From: Marsupella aquatica
Taxonomy: Eukaryota; Plantae; Marchantiophyta
Direction of reading: 5' to 3'
NCBI GenBank assembly: GCA_973895155.1
Contig: OZ316896.1
Location: 5,818,166-5,882,165, forward strand
Length of the DNA: 64,000 bases
Part shown: positions 26,506 through 38,000 of the stretch, piece after piece
Layout of the letters: each line of letters opens with the position of its first letter
Numbering within the stretch: position 1 is the first letter of the stretch
The notes under the pieces: generated by a model
Databases searched by the model: none
What the model was told of the DNA's origin: nothing
Seen by the model: the letters and a program-made list of their open reading frames with translations, nothing else
Program-made: the position numbers and the translations under genes

Positions 26506-27573
26506 CTAGCCCAATGGCTCATCCTTGCACAAAAGATTTTGAGATGAAAAAAGATGTCAAGGTGAAGAAAAGATGTTAGTGAGAAAAAAATTGTCAATGA
26601 GAGAAAAAGATGTCAAGGTGAAGAAAAAATGTTAGTGTGAAAAATGTTGTCAATGTGAGAGAAATATTTTGAGGCGAAGAAAATATGTTGGTGTGAAAAA
26701 AGTTGTCAATGAGAAAAAAAGATATCAAGATGAGGAAAAGAAGTCAAAGGGGAAAAAGATGTTGAGGGGAGAAAATATGGCAAGGTGAGAAAAAGATGTA
26801 AAGATGAGTAAACAATGTCAAGAAGAGAAAAAATGTCATGGTGAGGAAAAGAACACAAAAATGTCGATGCATTGCACAAAAGATGTTGAAATGAGAAAAA
26901 AATGTCGAGGTGAAACAAAGTTGTCGATGAAACTCGAATGTGTGTGGCTGAGCAGATAGGTTAGTGAGAGGGCTTTCTAACGGTGGTTAGAACTCGCTGA
27001 TCGGTATCCGTGGTGTAAAGGAATCGAAGCTTGCGTCGTTCAGGTTTTATTCGTGTTCGACGGGTTTTCGGGGGAGAGACCAGAGTTCGCATCTTTCAAC
27101 GGTGTCATCCCATATCGCACATTATAGCTCAAGTTGAAGGTTGAAGCGAGCTGGTCGTTTCGGTAGCTGAGTTGCTGCCGAGTTGTTACCGAGTGCGTCG
27201 TGACGAGTGAAGGAGGCGTTCAGATTTTTTCACAAGCTATGGAGCTTGTTCTCATCTGAACCGGGTTTCTCTTGGTGACGTCCGACTTGGTGGAAGAGAC
27301 GAGAAGTGCCACGGCTCAACGGGTTGATCACGGCGAGGCGGTCGTTTTGAGCCCGGGATTGGCACTTGACGCAGAGTGAAGATGACACAGCGGAAATTGT
27401 TTACTTTGTTGGAGCTGCAGACTGTGCTGGTGAAATTCAGCAACTTTTACCATCGGCAGCGTTCATTTTTCTTGTTGGAAACAGCGGCAATCAAGGTGAG
27501 CTTTTCATTTTGTTTTCTCGGGGGGTTCATTTTTGCTTTTAAAGGGGTTTTGTGACACGCTTTAGTGAGTATA
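26506..27573 (-). mobile_element. Degenerate non-autonomous Helitron (related to 44477-45530)
   Basis: Plus strand ACTAGCCCAATGGCTCATCCTTGCACAAAAG resembles the terminus at 44476 (minus-strand ...CTAG|T). It is followed by the same purine-rich GAGAAAAAAGATGTCAAGGT subrepeats. The 5' end is inferred from TTTTAAAGGGGT near 27537 and is uncertain. Confidence 0.55.
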
Positions 27574-28027
27574 CTGTGTGTGAGTATACACACACAGTAT
27601 CGACGGGCCCCGCATACCCCCCCTCTCCCTCCCCGCGCCTCATTCTTTTTCCTCACGCAGCGGCGAGCTGCGCAGCGCCGGCCGGCGCGTTTGCAGCCGC
27701 CCCCGGCCCTTCGCGACTCCATGCCGGTAGGGCCTGCCTCCCGCACACCTCCAGCCCGCATCGGCCTTCGCCCTCATCGCCGGCGCCCGCGCTCGCCCTC
27801 CAGTCGCCCCCGCACGCGACCCCAGCTCGCGACCAAGCCACTGCCGATCGCCTCGCCCTCCACCTTAGCGCCTCGTGCCTCTTATCCCCGACCATACGCC
27901 CTCCCTATACCCTGTCTGACCCACCTCGCGTATGCGCGATGCGGATGCGCGTTGTGGGCATATTTTTGTTTAAAGGGCCATTACACCCCCTTTTAAGGGC
28001 CACTTTTCTGTCTTTTTCTTGCCGGCC

Positions 28028-31000
28028 TCAAGCTCAAGGAAGGGAGCAAGATGCAGGATTACCTGGATGAGTTTGACAGTCTAGCGGTGAATCTGTCAAA
28101 CCTGAGAAAAGGAGTTGAAGATAAGGATAAGGCCTTGCTTCTGCTAAGCTCCTTACCACCGTCATATCAGGGTTTGAAACAGGTGCTCTTGTATAGAGAT
28201 CTGAAGTCCATTTCGTATAATGAGATGGTGAGCTCTTTATTGTCTGATGATGCTCAGAAGAAGTTGGGTCAATCACAGACACTTCTTCTTCTGGCACTGC
28301 GCTCAATCTGAACAGGGGAAGAGTAGCGCACCACACAAATGGGCAGAACAGGTTTAGATCTACATCACGGGGGAGATCTAAATCCAAAGGGAAATCGCAA
28401 GAGAGGAAGCCTCTTGCATGTTGGAATTGTGGCAAGTCTGGCCACATGAAAAGGGATTGTCGAGTAAAGGTCCCTATTGCCTCTGCTAACACGGCATCGA
28501 GCTCGCATGAGATAGATTTACTCGATGATGATGACATATTGTGATGTCAAAGTTATGCTCTCAACGTAGTGTCAAATCCAGGTAGTGATGACTGGATTCT
28601 AGATAGTGCATGTACTTTTCACATTTGCTCTAGGAGAGATTGTTTCAGTTCTTACACGGTTTCCAACGGGTCAGTGTTGATGGGAAATGGAATCCCATAT
28701 CAAGTTGTTGGACTTGGATCAGTAAGATTTCCGATGTTTGATGGTGTTGTGAGAACATTGAGGAATGTGAGACATATTCCCAGCATAATGAAAAATCTCA
28801 TTTCACTTGGAGTTTTAGAAGCAAATGGCCATCAGTGGAGTTCTGCTAATGGTGTCCTTCAGGTTTCAACTGGTACTAAAGTTGTATTGAAGGGAAAGAG
28901 ATATTGCAATCTATACGTTTTGGAGGGCAGTGTAGTCTGTGATGAAGCCAATGTAACCTTATCTCATGAGGAGACGGCTCGGCTGTGGCACTTCCGTTTG
29001 GGCCACATGAGTGAAAAAGGTTTGGTTATTCTTCAGAAGAAAGGATTACTTTCTAATTTGCAATCTTGTAAGTTAGAATTTTGTGAGCACTGTGTGCTAG
29101 GGAAGCTGCACAGGAAACCCTTCGGAGTTGGAACTCACACCAGCAAGGAGGTACTTGAGTATGTACATAGTGATGTGTGGGGTCCAGCCCCTACTTCCTC
29201 ACATTCTGGACGGTTATATTATGTCACGTTCATAGACGATTACTCAAGGTATGTGTGGATATACTTTCTACACAGTAAGTCTGATGTTTTTGCCACTTTT
29301 AAGGAGTGGAAAGCCCAAGTTGAGAATCAGACTAGTAATAAGGTGAGATATCTTTGATCGGATAATGGCGGTGAATACAGTTCCAGAGAATTTGGAACGT
29401 ATTGTAAGGAGCAGGGGATTACCCGCCATTTCACAACAAGTTATACTCCTCAGCAGAATGGTGTTTTTGAGAGACTCAACCAAACACTATTGGACCGCTC
29501 GAGGAGTATGTTGAGTCAATCATGTTTACCACATAAATTTTGGGTTAAAGTTGTCAACACTACAGCTTATTTGGTAAATTTTCCTCCATCTAGTTCTATT
29601 GGATTCAAGACGCCATTTGAAATGAGGTATGGGCGTCCAGCAGATTACTCACATCTGAGGATTTTTGGATGTGATGCTTATGTGCTTACACCTTCCCAGC
29701 TTCGATCCAAGTTGGAGTCCAAGTCAAAGAAGTGCATTTTCCTTGGCTATCAGAAAGGTGTGAAGGGTTATGGGTTATGGGATCCAGTAACCTGTAAACT
29801 AATTGTCAGTAGAGATGTGTCCTTTAATGAATCCAGATCATCAAAGGAGGGGGAGAGTTCTCAGGACTCCCATCCTAGACGGGGTTGAGCGGGAGATTAG
29901 TCATGATGTTGTTCGTGACAGGAGAGATGGAGAAGCTCCGGGCTTGGAGCCGATTCCTGTGATGGAACAAGAGGAGTAGATTGTTGCTGAGGTACCTCAA
30001 ATTCAACCAGCAGTAGCAGCACATCAGCCTGAGTCATCTACTAGAGGAACTTCCAATCGTTCTACTAGAGCTCCTACCAAGTATGGTCAATGGGCAGACT
30101 CATCTAAGCTAGATGATATTGACATTGCACCTGATGATGATGACATGGCTTTGATCTTGGAAGAAGGAGAGCCTTCTTCGTACAGTGAGGCTTGTGCTTC
30201 AAAGCAAAAGCATGAGTGGAATGCAGCAATGCAGAGGGAGTTGCAATCTTTGAGTGACAACAAGACATGGGAGCTGGTGGAGCTTCCAAGAGGTCAACAA
30301 GTGGTGGACAGCAAGTGAATTTACAAGTTGAAGGACAGTCCTTCAGAGGGTGGAGATAAGATCTACAAGGCAAGGGGTTCACTCAGGAGAAATGAGTGGA
30401 TTACAATGAGGTCTTTTCACCGGTGGCTAAGTATTCCACAATCCGGATCTTGTGTCAGCTTGTTGTGTTTTTTGGTCTGATGATGGATCAGATGGATGTT
30501 GTTACTGCTTTTCTCTATGGCAACTTGGAAGAGTTGATCTTCATGATACAGCCACTAGGCTTTATGAAGAAGGGCCAAAAGAACTTAGTTTGCAGATTGC
30601 TCAAGTCCTTGTATGGATTGAAGCAATCTCCCAGACAATGGAACAAGCGGTTTGATGATTTCATGCTTACTCAAGGTTTTACAAGGATGGTGTATGATCC
30701 TTGTGTGTATACGAAATCAATCAAGAATGATGTATTTGGTTTCATCATTCTGGTGATCTATGTGGATGACATGCTAATTGTGGCTAAAGATCAATCTGAG
30801 GTTGACAGTCTCAAGGCAAAATTGAGTGTTGAATTCAGGATGAAGGATCTTGGTAAGGCTAAGAGGATCTTAGGGATGGAGATTTTTAGGAACTCTGAGA
30901 CTGGACAGTTGTGCTTGAGTCAAGGCCAGTATGCGAGGAAAGTACTTGCACGATTCAACATAGAGAATTGTAAGCCACTGAGTATTCCTTTAGCTTCACA

Positions 31001-32335
31001 TTTTAAGTTATCATCGGCTTTCTCTCCTACGGATGCTGTGGAGAAAGGTATGATGGCTAAAATTCCTTATGAGAAGGCAGTAGGCAGTCTGATGTATTTG
31101 ATGACTTGTACTAGACCTGACTTGGCCCTAGCGATGGGCAAGGTTAGCATATTCATGTCAAATCCAGGGAAGGTACATTGGGAAGCTGTGAAGTGGATTC
31201 TCAGGTATCTGAAGGGAACACAGGACTATGAATTACTATTTGATAACAGATCAGATAGAATGTTAGTTGGCTATGTAGATTCTGACTATGGAGGCTGTCT
31301 GGATACAAAGAGGTCTACAACTAGGTTTGTATACACTCTTGGAGGAGGATGTATTAGTTGGAAATCTACCTTGCAGAAGTGCATTTCTTAGTCTACTACA
31401 GAAGCAGAGTATGTTGCAGCAGCAGAATTTTTCTTAGTCTACTACAGCAGCAGTAAGGGAAGACTTAAGAATTTTTGTAGAAGAACAATAGGATCTTTTA
31501 AATTCATTTTTGAGACTTATAAGAACATTAGGGCCTTTTTAATCCAATTTTTGGAATATTCCAACTTCATAGGGGTTAAAAAAATATTTTTTCCTTACAT
31601 TTTAGGGGGTCCAAGGCCTAAAAACGTTGCAGGTGATGGGGAGGTCCCCATGTAGTGAGACCCCCGAGGCAAGCAGTGTCTGATAAAACTTTTGAGCTAG
31701 TCAAGATTGATGGAAAGCTCAATCCCGCTGATGCCTTTATCAAAGTGATTCTTTTGGAGAGTTTCTCAAGACACCGTGCTACTTTGTAGGTTTGACAATT
31801 GTAGTGCAAGTAGAGTTATTTAACAATGTGTGACTATTTGTATATGGATTACTCATTCCTGTTAGGTTACGGTTTAGTTCTAGTTAACCCTTGTGGTTTT
31901 TAGGGGGAGACCTGGTTTGGTGATTGTCTAGAACTTCCCGCTGAGGAATCCATATGGTAACATTTAGTCCAGTCCCCAAGACAAGAGTCAAGGGGGAGTT
32001 TGTTAGATATTGCTCTAGTCTTGTGACTCATGAGCTAACCACAGTTAGGCTAACTCGGGTTAGGACTTAGCTATTGTTAGCCGTAGTGCTGTTGTGTATA
32101 TAGCCAGGGCTGATGCCAGACCCTGGTGAAACTTAGGCTCATTGTTACGGAGCTAGTTGAGAGATAGGGAGAGCCTGTGCTGTGGATGCTTGGTATGGCC
32201 GGTCGGCCTAGAAACTCTTGTGTGTTCCCGTGGACGTAGCCTCATGTGGAGGTGAACCACATATCTCTCTGTGTTGACTATTGTGCGTTGGATGATTCAT
32301 GGACTTGTCGTTACGAATATTGTCTATGCTCAACA
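28028..32335 (+). mobile_element. Ty1/Copia LTR retrotransposon, 5'-truncated and pseudogenised
   Basis: Domains in Copia order: gag fragment (LKEGSKMQDYLDEF, KALLLLSSLP), CCHC knuckle CWNCGKSGHMKRDC (~28419), protease WILDSACTFH, GAG-pre-integrase LWHFRLGH, integrase HSDVWGP/FIDDYSR/SDNGGEY, RT YGLKQSPRQW/YVDDML, partial RNase H GYVDSDYGG/STTEAEY. Contains stops and frameshifts. PPT AAGGGGGAG at 31990-31998, then the 3' LTR. No 5' LTR or PBS seen. Confidence 0.95.
32001..32335 (+). repeat. 3' LTR of the Copia element (335 bp)
   Basis: TGTTAG...CTCAACA termini directly after the PPT; homologous to 59773-60116 and 62313-62655. Confidence 0.9.
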
Positions 32336-33890
32336 TAAAAAGGGTAACCTTGTATTATAGTTTTTGATAATATAATCACTGCATCCTTGTAATACCCATG
32401 GGAGAGTAGAATGTATAATCCAATACATTGCATAATTGTACTCTCAAGTACAATTATTCTTGTTGGGTGCACTATTGCAATGTCATTATGTACTTGTTTA
32501 TGTGTATCCTGGTCACAAAATTAATAACCAAACAGTTAAAAAATTACCCAAAAGATCTACTCTAATCCCTATCATTCATTCTCATCCAAAATGTATTTTA
32601 TAACTGGATGAATAACTAAAATGAACAATGAACAATGTTCAATATTATAGATGTAGATGATTGGTGACTCTATTTTGACAAAAAGTGTCATGACATGACA
32701 AAAGCAGCACAAAAGGGAAGATTTGCTAGAATACTCTTTTGCCAACCAAATGGATGTTATAACAAATTCCAAGTTTTTCCTTAAAACGTTTTACAATTTT
32801 TTTCAAAGAAGCGCTAACACTGAGTAAAGTCATGAGGTGATATTTCCTTAAAACGATGAGAGTAGGGATAAGTATATCAACTTAAAAAGACTTAGAGAGA
32901 AGCATTTTGTCATGGAGAATCATATCACTATTGTAAACGTATAGGTGTAAACACAGATTTTCAGTGTGTACATTGTTTCTAAGATTCTGGCGTTAGAAAT
33001 CTTATTTCCCGGAATGAGTAATAATTAATGTCTCGCGCGAACCGAGATGACCCTACGGACTACGGACTCGTTGCACTTAATAATCCCACTTATGCAGAGG
33101 TCGTTGTACAGAACCGAGAGTTTCACGGATTGAGTCAGCTATCACGAGATTTGGAAATGGCGGGGAGGCAGAAATCAAATGCGCAATGTGTACTGAACCA
33201 ATCGAGTGAATAATTCGCTGAACTGAAAATTCAGTTTTGTGGTGGGGGCCCGAAAATGGATCCAAATTTTTTTCTGCGCATATGATTTCTAAGTATAGGA
33301 TTCTGCAAAATATAGTTTACAATACTAAAGAGTGGACATAATTTGGAACAGACCAAATCTCTTTGGTCAGGGCCCTTAGTTATCATGGCTCTCGGTCCGA
33401 AGTTTGTGTTTCTGTTTTGGTTTTGGAGTGCACTGAATTTGGAGTTCACTGCATAACATCATCAGTGTTTTGGTTTCTGTTTTTTGAATTTGGAGTGCAC
33501 TGCTCGAATTGCAATCGTCGCAGAAAGCTGAAATCTACACTAAACAGGAAATCGATCTGCGATTGTTGGCTCTTGAATTCTAATGGTGAATGAGTTTCAG
33601 GCTTAGGATAGAGCAAAGAAATTTTCGTTCAGGAGCCACACGATACTGTAGAATGAGTGAAATGCGTGTGAATATTATTGAAGCCCCGTACTAGATCGAG
33701 CGAGACATCGAGTAGTGTGTCATCCGTTATCTGTCGATCTCCAGTACTTATCATTAAGGACGAAAAGCAATATCGAGGCTAATCAATGGGATTAGCCTTT
33801 ATTAACCCCGTATGGGATTGTCCGTTGCACAGTATTTCCAACGTTAATATCTAATTAAATACCAAGAGCGAATCAATATGGACTCCATCT

Positions 33891-34085
33891 GCCCCAAGGC
33901 TAGTTGATAGAGGATCCTCTTTAGGATGCACCAGGTCCCAGGTTCGAATCTTGTCAGTGACAATAGAAACTTTTATCATTCACCTCACCAAAAAGTGTGG
34001 ATCATTCACATTCTAATCATAGCTAGAAAAAGTGTGACATCTTATCATTCACACTCTAATCACACTTAAAAAAAGTGTGACAGCT
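33891..34085 (+). mobile_element. tRNA-derived SINE-like head followed by short tandem repeats
   Basis: A-box-like GGCTAGTTGATAGAG (~33898-33912) and B-box GGTTCGAATC (33941-33950) within a T-arm-like stem, then three ATCATTCAC...AAAAAGTGTG units. Confidence 0.45.
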
Positions 34086-35090
34086 TAAAACAGTCGGGGC
34101 AGCGGGCGTGCAGCGGGCGGCTAAAATGGTACGAGATTGCTTTTCGTGTTGAATGTTATATCTGCATGCATTCAATGTCCTGGCGAAGCGGGCTGATGAC
34201 TGAACCTCTGGTACTGAACTCGTTGTCTCAATGTCACGGCGAAGCGGACGGGTTGATACTCCTGAACTCCCACTTTAGATTGATTTCAGACAAAGAGCGG
34301 AGGGGCTCGTACGAAAAGACCACAATCATGTACATCTAATAATGTAACGCGTAAAATACGATAATTGCGTTCGTGCTAAAAGGACGAGGTACCAAGTATC
34401 ACGTCCACAAACGCCTAAACTCCTGGCATCCCACCCAGCAAATTACGTTCATTTGAACAGGGGATTGCTGTCTAGTTGACCGGTAATGTGGTGAATGCCT
34501 ACAATGAGGATTTGTAGCCTCACATCCGAGATCTATTCAACGATGGCGGTTTGTAGTTCGTCAATAAGCCCTTGACCTTCAAAGAAATGAGACTTCATGA
34601 AGCGCCATGCCACTTTATTAGCGCAACGACTGATCTCCACGCGATACCCTTGCTAACTGACGCTAGCATGTGGTATCAATGGTAACCGTCGTCGTTGAGG
34701 AAGAGATTCGGGACCATACGATGAGAGTATAAGCAGGATTGCTTGAATTACTGCACCTTTTTTCTAGTCAACTCCCAACTCGGAAAATGATGAATTATTG
34801 TGGGGCAGTCGCATCACAGAAGATGTAACGGCCGCGACGAAAACACTCGCATTGAGAACGAATGTTCGTCACAGGACCTTGTATACATCGAGTTTCTTAA
34901 TACTGCAGAAGAGCTCAAGTGCTGTGGGATTTTAGATATCAAGCAAACCGTCTGTCAGGGTTGAATAGTAGGTCGACATGAACCCCCGGCCCCTAGACAG
35001 TTCCACAGCGTAGCGTTCTATAATTGCCTCCCAAAATATTGAGTTTGATACTCCCTATACAGTTAGTTCTACGATCGTCTCCAATCGATC

Positions 35091-38000
35091 ATGGCGTCGT
35101 GGCCGTCTCTTGCAGCGTTGCGAGCATTCGCCTGGGGTGCGCTGATCGTAGTAATATTCAGCTTTCTCTCAGAAGCAGCCAGCGCAGTGCAATCTCAGCG
35201 GGAAAGCATCCAGGTGGTAGTTGACGGAACCAAGCGTATAGCAACAATTAGTGATGAGTTTATATGCGCAACGATAGATTGGTGGCCTGCCTCGAAATGC
35301 GATTACGGTTCATGCCCCTGGTACAATGCTTCCCTACTCAATCTGGTAATATATCGCTTCCTTACACACGAATTCACTTCATCTGTTCATGGTTGTCGCT
35401 GCGCTAAGCACTATGTGTAGAAGTAACCTTAACTAACCAAGCAATCCCACTTGTCAAACTTATGCTTACCGAACCTTTTAGTTGGAAGATCTATATCCCC
35501 GCCTATTTCATTCTTCCGTGTCGTTTATTAACCGACGTTCTTCATAGGATTAACCCGTGATCTGCAGGTCGAACCCAAATTCGTTGGCTTCTTGGATAGT
35601 AGCCTTTGCCAGTAATTATATACAGTACGTATGGTGCTGTTTGACTGAAGCTTTTTCGGACTTGATGGCCGCAGGACCTGAAGAACCCACTCTTGGAACA
35701 GGCTGTAAAAGGTACCGTCCTCGAAACTTTCGAAAGTAACTAATTACAAATTTTCTGTGAGTCGGCAGAGCAGTAGGGCCCCAGGGACGGTGGGATCAAA
35801 GTAAACATCTGCAGTTGACGCAACCTTAGACCCTTGTCCTCCGCCAAGGAGAGTTTAGACAAGACTTGTGGTCATGATTGTGCTACTTCCGGTGGCTGGA
35901 AGACAGTGTAAAGAACCCCACTCCCACCCCGCCTGAGTGAATTTTGGAAGCCTTCCTATTCGGGAATGTCTTGGTATTGATCCGGGGGACATTAATGTTC
36001 ACTCATGAGAGTCTCGGAAACATGCGGGAATCGACCCAATTTCGATTTCTTGTAGAGCTGCCCAGCTTTTCGTACATTTATTTTCACTATTATCTAGAAG
36101 AGATTTCGCGCGCCTGCCCAGCTTTTCGTACATTTATTTCAGTATTATATAGAAGAGATTTCGCGCTCACGATTATGCGAAACGCTGCATATTCCTTTAT
36201 TTCAACTGTTTTCAACATGTTCGAGACTCCTACTATTTTTGGATGCTCGTTGCACTTCACTGATGACTGCCTTTGGACTGACGCGCAGAGGAATTCGTTC
36301 CCCGAATCCATGTAGCACGGCGATCACTCTCCCTTAGCATCCGCCCAGACCATTCGCACATATCTTTGCCCTGCAGAACGATTGCACTATGATCCATGGC
36401 AATAAGACTCATTTTTCAACAACCTATTCGCTACAGCAATAGTTTCAATCTCTGTTGGAAAATTTCAGTTAGAGTTTCCTTTCTAACCCCGGATGGACGA
36501 CTTTGTGTCATGGGAAGGAGCTGTTCCTCAATTCCATAGTTCAAATATCAGGTACAGTTAACGGTGAATGAATTTCAGGTGATAGAGTCTCTTGTTCCAA
36601 CCTTACCGACTGAGAATCAGACGCCGCTGAAGGCTGTACACACGAAGCCAGTTAATGACACAACTCTAAAATCTCAGGAGCGTGGCTGGTGCTGCCCATG
36701 AATCATTGCCTTCGAAAGTATACCTTATTTCACTTCTATGTATCCGCCGACAAACGAAAAGTAGCTCAATTCTATGCCAAAGCTTAGTTCTAGTGGGTAA
36801 CACTGGTTTTCTCACTCCTCTTTTCTTTGGCTGCTTTCTACCCATGTGATCCTGCTTCAAACTTCGAAATTAGTGCCGGAGCCAGTAGTCCTCCATGCGG
36901 ATGTTGATTGAGTTCGATCATGTTCGGAACTGTCATGTGCAGCGTTGGCTCCATTAAAGATAAGATTGGGAGGATCACTACAAGATCAGATCGAGTACGA
37001 CATCAAACCTTGCCGTCCACTGGCTAGAAACACTTCAGGTCAATTTGGATTTAGTACTGGTTGCTTGTCCCTGCAGCGATGGGACCTCCTCAATCACTTC
37101 TTCAAGAAGACAGGGTAAGTGGGTGCTCAATCTACAATTCCTGGACCTTCCCTCTTCTAAACGTTTTTCAAAATTGTAATGCCAATGTGCCACTTAGATT
37201 TGCAATTCCAAGAGTCTAGGTGAACTCCACCAAATCCAAGTCCATATTGGTGTGGTCGTGGACTCCACCGTGTATCTCTGACCGTCAAGCATCACTTCAG
37301 ATAGACCAAACCCGAGAGCTAAGATCCCAAGGACGAATTGGTGGCATTCTGTATGATAGAGACAATCTAAGACTGACCAGGTAGATATTTTTAGACATTG
37401 AGTCGAGGTTCATATCTTGCTGCTAAGTAAAGAAAATCCCATTGTTTCAATGTCCTGCTCACTTGCAAATATCCATCAAGCGAGACACGGGATAGTCAGA
37501 TAACATGAATGGGTTGGGAAATAGAAGGGGAAATTTATGGCCAGCACCTCTGTAAAATGAAACATGTGAAAGGTGAGAGCGATCAGGTACGATAAAGAGG
37601 GAAGACATTGCTTTGATGATAAGAGGTACGCAATGTTAAAATTTGAGCCTATGGTTGCAGGGCTTCAGTAGCATTTGGCCTCAATGCCTTGTATGGATTG
37701 TCATCCAACCAGAGCTGGGATCCAACCAACTCTGCAGAATTTATTTTCTACACTCACAGTCAAGGCTATCCAGTCACTGCGTGGGAGTTAGGTAAGAAAT
37801 CGTTCTACTCGATCGCGGGCCTCGATGCAAAGCTCAAATCCTCATTAAAAACTGCACTTGTGGCCAGAACTTTGCCCTTAGATTGACTCACATAGCATCA
37901 TAGCTATAGTATAGTCGGGAAGGAACCGAACCACAGCCGACTTCAAACACGGAAACCCTCATTGGGGATCGTCTTCTCAACCTTCGGATTCTAGAGGCAA

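Noticed and set aside
27552-28070. Overlapping Pro/Ala/Arg-rich ORFs
   Set aside because: Expected from very high GC content; no motifs or supporting gene structure.
33891-33962. Functional tRNA gene
   Set aside because: No acceptor stem and no 7-nt anticodon loop; only A/B-box remnants.
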